Shown: positions 47,521-57,194, counted from the stretch's first letter. The stretch is 64,000 bases of DNA from an uncultured Candidatus Saccharibacteria bacterium (GCA_964474825.1 CAYYWQ010000001.1:884152-948151), one strand, 5' to 3'. Translations and numbers: made by a program. Notes: generated from the sequence alone by a model not told the origin.

Positions 47521-48711
47521 TTATTTCTTTGCTTCTTGCGCTGCATCATCAATAGAGTTTTGCTCAACAGATCCTTCCGGAGCAACCTCAGCTTCTCCGG
47601 GCTGCTGTTCAGCCGGCGCTTCGTCGCCCTTGTCCAACGTAGCCTCGGCGGAGTCGGAGCCGATTTTTTCCCCGTTAATATCAATCTTCCATCCAGTTAA
47701 ACGCGCGGCTAGGCGGACATTTTGTCCGGCTTTGCCAATTGCCAAGCTAAGCTGGTCTTCCAGTACGCCGACTTTGGCTTCTTTGCTAGCGTCGTCTAAT
47801 TGAACGTTTAAAATTTTGGCTGGCGACAGGGCGTTGGCAATAAATTTTACCTGGTCGTCGCTAAATTCTATAATATCAATTTTTTCGCCCCCAAGTTCCG
47901 CCATAACTGTTTGCACGCGACTGCCTTTTTGTCCTACGCAGCTGCCAATTGGGTCAATGCCGTCTTGGTTGCTAAATACAGCAATCTTGCTGCGGGAGCC
48001 GGCCTCGCGCGCCACGGCCTTAATTTCCACGCTGCCGTTAAAAATTTCGGGCACTTCCAATTCAAATAGTTTGCGAACCATGTCAGGGTGAGAACGTGAC
48101 AAAGTAATTTTAGGGCCCTTAGTCGCAGGCTCAACGTGCAAAATTAAAACTTTTAAGCGCTGACCCATTGTGTAACGTTCCCCGCGGATTTGCTCGGAAG
48201 GAAACAATACACCAGTTGCCTTGCCCATGTCTACCAAAATAGTGTCGCCTTCTATTCGCTGGACAATGCCGTTTTGCAAAGTGCGTTCTTTAGATTTAAA
48301 GTCAGAAAACTGAGCATTACGTTCTGCTTCGCGTAATTTTTGAATAATAACCTGCTTGGCAGTCTGTGCGGCAATACGGCCAAAATTAGTGCCGGTCTTT
48401 GGGGTAATTTCCGTAATTATTTCGTCGCCAACTTTATAGCTTTTTTTAATGTCTTTGGCGTTTTCTAAATCTATTAATTTTTGTGGGTCTTCCGCCGCTT
48501 CTTCCGGAGTGGCTACCACGGTTTTTACGTCAAAAAGCTTTGTACCCATAGTTTCCGGGTCAAACTTTGCCACAATGTTCTGGTTTTTCTGGCCGTAATC
48601 TTTTCTGAAAGCCGCGGCTAAAGACGCTTCTATCATAGAAACTAATTCGTCTCTGCTAATTCCTTTTTCTTCGGCTAACTGCTCTAATGCTTGCTCTAAT
48701 TGTTCGTTCAT
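47521..48711 (-). CDS. nusA: Transcription factor NusA
   Basis: FGRIAAQTAKQVI, LFELEVPEI, AIGKAGQNVRLA. Confidence 0.98.
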   Translation of the reverse strand: MNEQLEQALEQLAEEKGISRDELVSMIEASLAAAFRKDYGQKNQNIVAKFDPETMGTKLFDVKTVVATPEEAAEDPQKLIDLENAKDIKKSYKVGDEIITEITPKTGTNFGRIAAQTAKQVIIQKLREAERNAQFSDFKSKERTLQNGIVQRIEGDTILVDMGKATGVLFPSEQIRGERYTMGQRLKVLILHVEPATKGPKITLSRSHPDMVRKLFELEVPEIFNGSVEIKAVAREAGSRSKIAVFSNQDGIDPIGSCVGQKGSRVQTVMAELGGEKIDIIEFSDDQVKFIANALSPAKILNVQLDDASKEAKVGVLEDQLSLAIGKAGQNVRLAARLTGWKIDINGEKIGSDSAEATLDKGDEAPAEQQPGEAEVAPEGSVEQNSIDDAAQEAKK

Positions 48712-48715
48712 ATTT

Positions 48716-48797
48716 TTAGTGATTAGTGAATAGAGATTAGTGAATAGATTAAAATGAAAACAACTATTCCCTAATACCTAATCGCTATTGCCTAGTA
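48716..48797. repeat. Inverted 7-nt periodic array
   Basis: ttagtga ttagtga atagaga ttagtga atag...ctattcc ctaatac ctaatcg ctattgc ctag. Confidence 0.8.
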
Positions 48798-48832
48798 ATA
48801 AAAAAGATGAGCCGCGCTCATCCAAATAAATC

Positions 48833-49258
48833 TTAATTCCAATCTTCTACTGCATTCACTATTATTTTAGCAGGTTTAAAGCATTTGTCAATATCGCTAT
48901 ATTCCACAACACAAACGTCTATTTGGGGCTGCAGGCTTTGGTATTTGGAATTATGGAGCAAATACATTTTTACAGCCTTCAAAATTTTAACCTGTTTAAA
49001 AACATTTACCGACTCCTCAGCTGTGCCAAATTTTTCTATTCCCACTGTGCGGGTTTTAACCTCTACAAAAATTATTTTTTGCTTGTTAGCGGCAATAAAA
49101 TCTATTTCGCCAAGTTGTTTGCCTTTTTTGTTATACTCGTTAGCCGCAATAATTTTAAACCCCAAACTTTTATACTCTTCTTGGGCAAACTCTTCACCTA
49201 AGCGTCCAAGGGTTTTAGGTTTTTCAGTAGCTGAAGATTTTTTAAGCCAGTTAAGCAT
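48833..49258 (-). CDS. YraN family (UPF0102) putative nuclease
   Basis: LGRLGEE, GEIDFIA, FVEVKTR. Confidence 0.92.
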   Translation of the reverse strand: MLNWLKKSSATEKPKTLGRLGEEFAQEEYKSLGFKIIAANEYNKKGKQLGEIDFIAANKQKIIFVEVKTRTVGIEKFGTAEESVNVFKQVKILKAVKMYLLHNSKYQSLQPQIDVCVVEYSDIDKCFKPAKIIVNAVEDWN

Positions 49259-49261
49259 ACT

Positions 49262-49331
49262 GTGAGCTTTTAGGTTTTAGCTTCTAGCTTTAAGGCAAGC
49301 CTAATAACTAATACCTAACAGCTAAAAGCTA
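49262..49331. repeat. Inverted 7-nt periodic array
   Basis: tttaggt tttagct tctagct...ctaataa ctaatac ctaacag ctaaaag cta. Confidence 0.8.
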
Positions 49332-49727
49332 TTTTGGCAGATACTTTAGTTTTACCTGTTCCTTTTCCCAAGTCTGTTTTTGCGGTCCGTAATTTTTGAA
49401 CATTTTTATAACCACCATAACAAACCAAACCAGTGCAATCAAAATTCCTAAAAGAGCCAAAAAATGGCTGCCAAAAAACCTGGCATTTTCATAGCGGCAA
49501 CCAAACCATACTACTTCCCAAATACCCAAAGTTAAAAACAATGTAAAAAAATTCTGGCGATATTGTTTGTCTGCCGGACTTTGAGCAGTAATTGCTGCTA
49601 TTTTAAACAGCACAGCAAAAACTATTGCTACAGCGCCAATAAGTAAAAACAGCTTGTCTGACCGCGAAAGTACGCTATAAACATTAAACAGATATTCAGT
49701 TGTTAGGAGGTTTTTTAAGTTGATCAT
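49329..49727 (-). CDS. Hypothetical 3-TM membrane protein
   Basis: Three hydrophobic segments; C-terminal KYLPK. Confidence 0.8.
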   Translation of the reverse strand: MINLKNLLTTEYLFNVYSVLSRSDKLFLLIGAVAIVFAVLFKIAAITAQSPADKQYRQNFFTLFLTLGIWEVVWFGCRYENARFFGSHFLALLGILIALVWFVMVVIKMFKNYGPQKQTWEKEQVKLKYLPK

Positions 49728-49736
49728 AATTATTCT

Positions 49737-49839
49737 CTGTCATTCCGAGGGAGTGCATCCGACCGAGGAATCGCTTAAATTTCCAAGGCAAAGGGATCCC
49801 TCCACTCCCTCAGATGCATTCGGTCGGTCGGGATGACAG
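49737..49839. repeat. REP/MITE-like element (TGTCATTCCGA...TCGGGATGACA)
   Basis: Terminal inverted repeats plus internal mirrored GAGTGCATC/GATGCATTC. Confidence 0.8.
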
Positions 49840-49861
49840 CTATGTTATAAATTAATGTTTG

Positions 49862-50389
49862 TCATTTTTCAAAAAGCATTGCGTAATGGTAACCGTCTGC
49901 CTGGAGTTCTTTTATTTTGCGTAAGCCCGCCTGCATGAGCATAATTTCCAAAGCCTGCTGCTCAATGCGCCGTTCCAGCGGTGGGCCAAACGGCGTTGCG
50001 GCCCGCTTCCATTCTACTGCCATAACCCGCCCGCCTTGTTTTAATATGCGATAGATGTTTTTAATTAATCCTTCCTTATGGTCAATTTCGTGGAGGATGT
50101 TGCCGACAATTACCAAATCGCAAAAATTTTCCGGCAATTCCAGAAGTGGCTTGCTCAGGTCAGCCTTTACTACACGAACGTTTTTGTAGCCAAACTGGTT
50201 TGCAATGGAAATTGTGGCGGCCAATTTGGTTTCCACTACGTCCACCGCGTAAACCGTACCCTGGTTCCCCACCATTTGAGCGGCAGGCAAAACATAAAAC
50301 CCATTACCACAACCCAAATCCGCCACGGTCTGCGCCTGCATAAGCCCGGTTTGGGCAACTACTAATGCTGGGTTAATGAATCTGGACAT
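49862..50389 (-). CDS. Class I SAM-dependent methyltransferase
   Basis: VADLGCGNG, VYAVDV, RILKQGG, PFGPP. Confidence 0.9.
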   Translation of the reverse strand: MSRFINPALVVAQTGLMQAQTVADLGCGNGFYVLPAAQMVGNQGTVYAVDVVETKLAATISIANQFGYKNVRVVKADLSKPLLELPENFCDLVIVGNILHEIDHKEGLIKNIYRILKQGGRVMAVEWKRAATPFGPPLERRIEQQALEIMLMQAGLRKIKELQADGYHYAMLFEK

Positions 50390-50401
50390 ATGTAAATGAT
50401 T

Positions 50402-51202
50402 TTATATTTCCTGGTAAACTCTTTCTATTTTTGTAGCTTTTCCTTCAGGCGATGTTTCTATCACGACTCCGTTTATTTGCAACACCCCGTCTTCTTCCAC
50501 CTCGTTTTTAAACTTTTCGTTGGGGTCTAAAAATTTCTTTAAGGCGTTTTCGTATTTTACTCCCAAGACTCCGTCGCGCGCTCCTGTCATGCCTGTGTCG
50601 GAAACATAGGCCGTGCCTTTTTGTAATACGCGATAGTCTGCGGTGGGAACATGGGTGTGGGTTCCAAAAACTCCGGTTACCCGTCCGTCGCAGTAGCGGC
50701 CAAAAGCAATTTTTTCGCTTGTGGCTTCGCTGTGAAAGTCCACTATTATTATATCACCTTTTTGCCCTTGCTCAACTAGGAGCTTATCTATGGCTAAAAA
50801 TGGATTCGCAATAGTGCCGTCGAACTGCTTTTCCATAAACACTGTGGCGTTTAGGTTTATAACTAAATACTGCTGGCCGTTCTTAGCAAACCTGTAGTAA
50901 CCATGCCCGGGAATGCTCTCCCCAAAATTTGCCGGCCTAATTAACTGCGGATATTTTTCAAAACTACCCTTAGCCAATTCCATTTTGTTGAAAATATGGT
51001 TGCCGCTGGTATATGCGTCTATTCCAAGTTCGTCTACCTCGGCCATAGTGGAAGGCGTAACGCCTTTACCATGGGCCATATTTTCTACATTCACAATTAC
51101 AACGTCCGGCTTATATTTTTCTTTCCACTGCGGCAAGACTTCCCGTAAGATCCTGCGTCCGGGCTTTCCTACTACGTCGCCGATGAAAAGAATTTTAGTC
51201 AT
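50402..51202 (-). CDS. ymdB: YmdB family metallophosphoesterase
   Basis: FIGDVVGKPG, NVEN, SGNH, DFHSEATSEK, GTHTHV. Confidence 0.94.
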   Translation of the reverse strand: MTKILFIGDVVGKPGRRILREVLPQWKEKYKPDVVIVNVENMAHGKGVTPSTMAEVDELGIDAYTSGNHIFNKMELAKGSFEKYPQLIRPANFGESIPGHGYYRFAKNGQQYLVINLNATVFMEKQFDGTIANPFLAIDKLLVEQGQKGDIIIVDFHSEATSEKIAFGRYCDGRVTGVFGTHTHVPTADYRVLQKGTAYVSDTGMTGARDGVLGVKYENALKKFLDPNEKFKNEVEEDGVLQINGVVIETSPEGKATKIERVYQEI

Positions 51203-51206
51203 AACA

Positions 51207-51272
51207 AATAGTTAGTAGCGAATAGTAAGTAGTTAATAGCCCTACCAGCTACAAGCTACCCCCTACCGGCTA
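51207..51272. repeat. Inverted 7-nt periodic array
   Basis: aatagtt agtagcg aatagta agtagtt aatagcc | ctaccag ctacaag ctacccc ctaccgg cta. Confidence 0.85.
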
Positions 51273-52811
51273 TCGTGCGTATTCCACTACTCTTGTTTCC
51301 CTAATTACGTGAACTTTAATTTCACCCGGAAACTTTAGTTCGGCTTCAAGTTTGTTGGCAATGTCGCGGGCGAGTTTGGCGCATCCGTAGTCGTCTAGTT
51401 TAGCTGGTGTTACAAACACGCGGATTTCACGGCCGCCTTGGATGGCATAAGTTTTTTCTACGCCTTCAAAGCCGTTGGCAATATTTTCTAAATCGCCCAA
51501 GCGTTTTAAATAGTTTTCTAAACTGTCTTTTCTGGCTCCTGGGCGGGCTCCGGAAATGTTGTCGCAAGCATCCACAATTATTGCTTCCACACTTTGCGCG
51601 GCTACTGCTTTACCGGAAACATCTGTGTCGGCGTGGTGACTGCTAATAGCTTCTATTACTCTTGCGTCTAAATTAAACTTCTCCGCAACTTTCTTGCCAA
51701 GTTCAACGTGAGTGCCTTCAAGGTCTTGGTCTAGCGCCTTACCTATGTCGTGCAGTAAACAGCCTTGTTTGGTAATAAGTACATCGGCTCCTAATTCCTC
51801 GGCCATAAGAGCGCCAATTTTGGCCATTTCCACACTGTGGCGCAAAATGTTTTGTCCGTAAGAAGTCCTAAACATTAAGCGGCCAATAAGATGTACTAAT
51901 TTGGGAGGAAAATTGGTAATACCCAATTCGTAAACTGTTTGTTCACCGGCCTGTTTAATTTGTTCGTTAATTTCAGCTTTGCTTTTTTCGTAAGCTTCTT
52001 CAATACGCGCCGGATGAATACGTCCGTCTGCAAGTAATTTTTCCAAAGTAAGTTTGGCAATGTGGCGGCGAATGGAATTAAACCCGCTAATAACCACTGT
52101 GTCCGGACTATCGTCTATCAAAATTTCTACGCCCATCATTTGTTCAAAGGCACGAATGTTGCGGCCTTCTTTACCAATAATGCGGCCTTTCATTTCTTCA
52201 CTTGGAATTTGCACAGTTGTGGTAGTAACTTCCGCGGTTACTTCACTGGCTACCCGTTCAATGGCCTGGGCCACAATATTGCGCGCGTCGCGCTCCGCGG
52301 TTTCATGGGTTTCGTTAACTAACTTCCTCTGAAGGCCAACCATGTCTTCTTTAATAAGCTTTTCAGCGTTATCTAAAAGAACTTTTGCGGCTTCTTCACG
52401 GGTCATGCCGGCAATTTTTTGCAAATTATCCAGTTGTTTTTGCCTTAAAGCAACGACTTCTTCCTGAATTTCCTTAATTTGAGTGGTTTTGGTCTCCACT
52501 TCTTGCTTTTGTTTGTCTAACTGCGAGGACTTTGCTTCCAATTCTTTTTCTTTGCGGTCAATGCGCTCTTCAAAACGCACCATTTGCCCGCGGAATTCCG
52601 ATTCCTGCTTTTTGGCCTGGTCAATAATTTCCAAACTCCTGGATTTGGCGTCCAGCAAAATTTCTTTTTCTTTGTTCTTGGCGTCCTCTAAAACTTTTTC
52701 CGCGCGAGCTTCCGCGCCGGTAACTTTTTTGCTAGCTAAGCTTTGCCTTATGGCGTAGCCAATGCCGCCCCCAACTACTGCTCCCACTACTAAATAAACA
52801 AACGTCAACAT
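51270..52811 (-). CDS. rny: Ribonuclease Y
   Basis: TM, coiled coil, KH (KGRIIGKEGRNIR), HD (LLHDIGK). Confidence 0.98.
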   Translation of the reverse strand: MLTFVYLVVGAVVGGGIGYAIRQSLASKKVTGAEARAEKVLEDAKNKEKEILLDAKSRSLEIIDQAKKQESEFRGQMVRFEERIDRKEKELEAKSSQLDKQKQEVETKTTQIKEIQEEVVALRQKQLDNLQKIAGMTREEAAKVLLDNAEKLIKEDMVGLQRKLVNETHETAERDARNIVAQAIERVASEVTAEVTTTTVQIPSEEMKGRIIGKEGRNIRAFEQMMGVEILIDDSPDTVVISGFNSIRRHIAKLTLEKLLADGRIHPARIEEAYEKSKAEINEQIKQAGEQTVYELGITNFPPKLVHLIGRLMFRTSYGQNILRHSVEMAKIGALMAEELGADVLITKQGCLLHDIGKALDQDLEGTHVELGKKVAEKFNLDARVIEAISSHHADTDVSGKAVAAQSVEAIIVDACDNISGARPGARKDSLENYLKRLGDLENIANGFEGVEKTYAIQGGREIRVFVTPAKLDDYGCAKLARDIANKLEAELKFPGEIKVHVIRETRVVEYAR

Positions 52812-53013
52812 AAAATTACCTTACAACCGCTAAGTAAGGCAAAGGACAAAAGCAAAAAAGCTAATTTTTCAAAAATTAGCGCGTTATCTTTCTATGTAAT
52901 TCTCCGGTTCCGTAATTAAGCACAAATGTAGAATTGAAAAAAAGACAAAGTTTTGCTAAATGATCCCTTGCTTATCAGACTTTGCGGGATTAATCAATGA
53001 ATTCAGCTCCTAT

Positions 53014-53042
53014 AGACTACCACAGTTTGATTTAGTTGTCAA
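53014..53042 (-). promoter_or_regulatory. rny promoter TTGACA-N17-TAGTCT
   Basis: Consensus -35 with 17-nt spacer and TG extension. Confidence 0.6.
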
Positions 53043-53077
53043 AGACAGGTATAATTTCAACATACCTTAGAAGAAAT

Positions 53078-53344
53078 ATGAAAATAAACAAATATTTAAA
53101 GGGCTACACAATAATTGCTGCTTTTATTACATTGGTGTTATCGACAATCAGTGGGACACGTTTCGATGTTTCTGATAAGATTTCTTACTTTATTTTAGCT
53201 CTATGCTTTCCAGCTGTGGTTTATGGGGCCTACTTAATGTTTAAAAGGGAATTTCAAAATAAAATTGGTTACTGGCTAGCGGCTATCACTTGTTTCTTAG
53301 CTTTATCATTTTTTGTTTATACAACTTTTCTTACCTCAAAATAA
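53078..53344 (+). CDS. Hypothetical 3-TM protein
   Basis: ATG at 53078 downstream of TATAAT; hydrophobic. Confidence 0.7.
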   Translation: MKINKYLKGYTIIAAFITLVLSTISGTRFDVSDKISYFILALCFPAVVYGAYLMFKREFQNKIGYWLAAITCFLALSFFVYTTFLTSK

Positions 53345-53368
53345 TAAATCAATTAAAAAAGGAGTTTT

Positions 53369-53953
53369 ATGAAACACACTCTCCCAAAATTGCCATACAG
53401 CTACGACGCTCTAGAACCCTATATTGACGCTAAAACAATGGAAATCCACCATACCAAGCACCACCAAGCATACATAGACAAGCTAAACGCGGCTTTGGAA
53501 AAATATCCGGATTTGCAGGGCCGGCCCGTGGAAGAGCTTTTAGCGGACTTTAATAACCTTAAAGTGGAGGATGCAGACAAAATGGCCATAAGAAACCATG
53601 GCGGCGGACACTTAAACCACTCCCTGTTTTGGAAGTATTTAGACCCGAGCAACAAAAAAGACGAACTCCTGGTAAAAGAAATTACCGGAACGTTCGGCTC
53701 TGTAGAAGAATTTAAAAAACAATTTGCAGACAGCGCCACCAAACTCTTTGGCAGCGGCTGGACCTGGCTTGTTAGAAACGGCCAAACTTCCAAACTAGAA
53801 ATTAAAAACTTTGGCATGCAAGACTCCCCTGTAATGACAGGTTTCCAACCAATATTCGGTTTAGACGTTTGGGAACACGCCTATTACATAAAATATCAAA
53901 ACCGCCGCCCAGAATATATAGAAAGCTGGTGGAAAGTTTTGAAATTAATTTAG
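53369..53953 (+). CDS. sodA: Fe/Mn superoxide dismutase
   Basis: HHTKHHQAY, GGGHLNH, FGSGW, DVWEHAYY. Confidence 0.95.
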   Translation: MKHTLPKLPYSYDALEPYIDAKTMEIHHTKHHQAYIDKLNAALEKYPDLQGRPVEELLADFNNLKVEDADKMAIRNHGGGHLNHSLFWKYLDPSNKKDELLVKEITGTFGSVEEFKKQFADSATKLFGSGWTWLVRNGQTSKLEIKNFGMQDSPVMTGFQPIFGLDVWEHAYYIKYQNRRPEYIESWWKVLKLI

Positions 53954-53974
53954 ACTTATTTTTCAACAATGAAT

Positions 53975-54226
53975 ATGAATATCTCACCGGAGATTCCTAA
54001 CAGGCAAGCTATCATAGAGGAGGCAATTAGTTTTATTAATAGCCTAGGGACAAATCTTGAAGTTCAACAGGTTGTGAAAGATTTAAAACAAGGCAACCTA
54101 AATAGCGCCAAAGATTGGTTTAACCGAGCTTATGCAATAGCAGTGGAGAACACACCGGAAGCTTCATTAGCCAAGCCTGAAGTAAAAAAAGGCTATGAAA
54201 TTTATAAACTCTTGCAAAAAATATAA
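53975..54226 (+). CDS. Hypothetical protein
   Basis: ORF downstream of sod, followed by a terminator. Confidence 0.6.
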   Translation: MNISPEIPNRQAIIEEAISFINSLGTNLEVQQVVKDLKQGNLNSAKDWFNRAYAIAVENTPEASLAKPEVKKGYEIYKLLQKI

Positions 54227-54264
54227 TAAAAACCTCCCATTAAGGGAGGTTTTTATAAAATAGA

Positions 54265-54630
54265 TTATTTACTGTCGCTTTTCTTTACCAACTTTTCTTT
54301 TCTGGTTCTGGCCATGTTGTCGAGTCTGCCTCGGACATAGTAGAGTTTGGCTTTTCTGGTAATTGGCGCTTTAGTTACTTCCAGTTTAACAATGTTTGGA
54401 GAATGAATTGGGAAAATTCTTTCTACGCCAACGCCGTAAGAAATTTTGCGGACCATAAAGGTTCCGTTTACGCCGGTTCCGCCTTTGCGGGCAATAACCA
54501 AGCCTTCAAAAATTTGTACGCGCTCTTTGCTGCCTTCTTTAATACGAAGGTGAACCTTAACTGTGTAGCCGGGCTTGAATTCCGGCAAGGTTTTTAGCTG
54601 AGCGTCAGTAATGTGTTTAACTATGGGCAT
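54265..54630 (-). CDS. rplS: 50S ribosomal protein L19
   Basis: [32 protein letters not shown]. Confidence 0.98.
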   Translation of the reverse strand: MPIVKHITDAQLKTLPEFKPGYTVKVHLRIKEGSKERVQIFEGLVIARKGGTGVNGTFMVRKISYGVGVERIFPIHSPNIVKLEVTKAPITRKAKLYYVRGRLDNMARTRKEKLVKKSDSK

Positions 54631-54642
54631 TTTATTCTAAAA

Positions 54643-55632
54643 TTATAATTGATTAACAGTCTTTGAGCCTAAACTTTTTAAAACTTCCTTTAAATCCTGG
54701 GCTAATTCGCTTTCCGCTTCTATCCAAGTCTTGCTTGGCAACTGGACTTCTATCTTTTTAGCGTGTAGGAATTGCCTATGCAGGCCTTTAAGCTGGCTTT
54801 TCTTGCCTCCGTAGAGCTCGTCTCCCATAAGCGGATGCCCTATGCTGCTTAAATGAACACGGATTTGATGTGTTCGACCTGTATGCAATTTTACCTTAAT
54901 TAGGGTGTGTTCGTCAAGTCCTGTATCTCTGTCTTGCTGATTAGCCGATTCGCTGATTAGCCGATTCGCTGCCCCCAAGTACTCCATAACCGTATATTCC
55001 GTAAGCGCGTCTTTGGCTTCAATAACATTTTTAGTGTCCTGCTTTCTAAAATCCTTTTTGCTTTTGCCAATGGGGGTATTAATTATACCGTGAGGTTTTT
55101 CCATTCTCCCCTTTACCAAAGCAATGTATTCCTTTTTAATTTTTCTTTCGGAAAAAGCGTCTTTTAAATGTTGGTACATTTCCTGTGTGGTTGCCACCAA
55201 AATAACCCCGCTAGTGTCTTTGTCTAAGCGGTGCACAATTCCCGGCCTGTGTTCTTCCCCAACTAAATGAATATTTTTAAATTGATACAACAAAGCACTA
55301 GCCAAAGTCTCGCCTTTAAACCCGGCTCCCGGGTGCACAGTGAGGCCAGCGGGTTTGTCGATAATTAAAAGCCCTTGGTCGTTATATAAAATTTTTAAAG
55401 GCGTATTAGTAGCCTGTATGCTTTCGTCTTTTTTTGCAGATTGTTTATAAACTACCTTGTCGTCTTTGCGAACTACAAATTTACTCTCAGTAACAACCTG
55501 CCCATTAACCTCAACCTGCCCGCCTTCAATGTCGCGCTGAATTTGGCTGCGCGACAAATCAGAACTCTGTCCCACAATAAACTTGTCGAGCCTGGTCTTT
55601 AATTCTTCAACTGTAAAATTATGTTCGGGCAT
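54643..55632 (-). CDS. rluD: RluA/RluD family pseudouridine synthase
   Basis: S4 domain, RPGIVHRLDKDTSG, TGRTHQIRVH. Confidence 0.93.
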   Translation of the reverse strand: MPEHNFTVEELKTRLDKFIVGQSSDLSRSQIQRDIEGGQVEVNGQVVTESKFVVRKDDKVVYKQSAKKDESIQATNTPLKILYNDQGLLIIDKPAGLTVHPGAGFKGETLASALLYQFKNIHLVGEEHRPGIVHRLDKDTSGVILVATTQEMYQHLKDAFSERKIKKEYIALVKGRMEKPHGIINTPIGKSKKDFRKQDTKNVIEAKDALTEYTVMEYLGAANRLISESANQQDRDTGLDEHTLIKVKLHTGRTHQIRVHLSSIGHPLMGDELYGGKKSQLKGLHRQFLHAKKIEVQLPSKTWIEAESELAQDLKEVLKSLGSKTVNQL

Positions 55633-55981
55633 AAAAATATATCCAATAGAGGACATTTAGAATAAACACGGACCAAAGAATAATCAAAAGTGTTTTGTGA
55701 ACTCTTTTAGGATTAAGTTTTAACCCAAAAAATTTTTTAAAATAAAAAGTAAAGAAAGTCTGAAAATCTAAATTTGGGTCTAATTTTTTTCGGAAGTAGC
55801 ATTCCCATTTAGCTAAAAAGCAAAAATCTGAAAAAGTATTTGAAATGAGGGCAATTAATAGAACAACTAAATAATAAGGATACAATATCTTAAATTGCCA
55901 AGAAAAAACTAAGAAAAACCCAACCAACACATGAAACCAAAAAATTATCTCTGCTAAAATTCTGTATATAATGCGTTTCAT
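55619..55981 (-). CDS. DUF2784-like membrane protein
   Basis: LAEIIFWFH...CFLAKWE. Confidence 0.7.
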   Translation of the reverse strand: MKRIIYRILAEIIFWFHVLVGFFLVFSWQFKILYPYYLVVLLIALISNTFSDFCFLAKWECYFRKKLDPNLDFQTFFTFYFKKFFGLKLNPKRVHKTLLIILWSVFILNVLYWIYFYART

Positions 55982-55989
55982 ACAAATAA

Positions 55990-56709
55990 CTAGACAAATA
56001 AGTCTGGCCGGCGCTTCTTTGTTCTCTTTATAGCTTCACTTTGGCGCCAGTCGTTAATGTTTTTGTGGTGGCCTGTAAGCAAAACTTTAGGGACGGAAAA
56101 CTTTTTTTTGCCAAGTTTCCAGACTTCTGGTTTTGTATACTGCGGGTACTCAAGTAAACTTTCGGAAAAAGATTCTTTGTCTGTAGATTCCAGCTTGCCC
56201 AAAATTCCGGGACGAAGACGCATAACAGCTTCGCTAATAACTAACGCGGGTAGTTCCCCGCCCATAAGCACGTAATCGCCTATTGAAAGTTCCTCGTCTG
56301 CAAACTGCCTTATGCGTTCGTCAAAACCTTCATACCTGCCGCAAACAAAAACCAATTCATTATATTTCGCAAGCCGGGCCGCGTCGGTTTGGTGGAATTT
56401 CTTACCTTGGGGCGTCAACAAAATAACCCGTTGTTTCATCCTTTTCTCTTTTCTCTTTTCTCTAGTCGCTTGTTTTATTGCGTTATAAATAACATCCGCG
56501 CGAAGTACCATCCCTACCCCTCCGCCATACGGCCTGTCGTCTACAATCTGCCGTTCTTCTAGCCCAAACTTTCGTAAATTAACTGCTTTAACTTCTAAAA
56601 GCTTAAGCTTGATTGCTCTTTTTATAATGCCAAAATTTTCCACAAAATCTTCTACGAATTTGGGGAACAAAGTAACAATACTGATTTTTAAAACCTTGGA
56701 TTTTTTCAT
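55990..56709 (-). CDS. trmD: tRNA (guanine-N1)-methyltransferase TrmD
   Basis: DDRPYGGGVGMV, CGRYEGFDER, SIGDYVLMGGE, LEYPQYT. Confidence 0.98.
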   Translation of the reverse strand: MKKSKVLKISIVTLFPKFVEDFVENFGIIKRAIKLKLLEVKAVNLRKFGLEERQIVDDRPYGGGVGMVLRADVIYNAIKQATREKRKEKRMKQRVILLTPQGKKFHQTDAARLAKYNELVFVCGRYEGFDERIRQFADEELSIGDYVLMGGELPALVISEAVMRLRPGILGKLESTDKESFSESLLEYPQYTKPEVWKLGKKKFSVPKVLLTGHHKNINDWRQSEAIKRTKKRRPDLFV

Positions 56710-56819
56710 TACGTTCATTATAACATTAAAACAATAACCCCGAACTCCGGGATTAACCGGAAGTCTCGGGGTTATTCAATTTATCTGCGTAATCTGATTT
56801 TAATCAGCGTATCTGCGGT

Positions 56820-57194
56820 CTAGAGTTTGAATTCGTCAATTGAATTCGTGTCGTCCTGCATAGGAGCGCTATGGCCCATTGGGTTTCCACCCATATTGCC
56901 GCCGCCCATTTGACCCATGCCGCCTTCGCGACGAGGACCCCTGTGAGAACCTTCCGGTTCATAAATCTTCAAGTTGACGCGAGCTTTGTGCTTGGCGCCG
57001 ACTACGCGCAAAAGTGTGCGCAGCGCTTTGGCGGTCTGGCCCATGCGGCCAATAACCTGCCCCATGTCTTCAGCGTGCAAATGCAGAGTAATTAAAACTC
57101 CCATTTCATCAACCACGCGCTCGGTTTTTACATCATCCGGATGATCAACCAAAGCCTTAACAACGAACTCTACAAACTGTTGGTCTTGTTCCAT
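56820..57194 (-). CDS. khpA: KH-domain RNA-binding protein KhpA
   Basis: DMGQVIGRMGQTAKALR; located between rpsP and trmD. Confidence 0.92.
   Translation of the reverse strand: MEQDQQFVEFVVKALVDHPDDVKTERVVDEMGVLITLHLHAEDMGQVIGRMGQTAKALRTLLRVVGAKHKARVNLKIYEPEGSHRGPRREGGMGQMGGGNMGGNPMGHSAPMQDDTNSIDEFKL

Noticed and set aside
1184-51272. Periodic arrays as CRISPR or DGR components
   Set aside because: There are no 23-47-bp repeats with unique spacers, no cas or reverse transcriptase genes, and no TR/VR pair.
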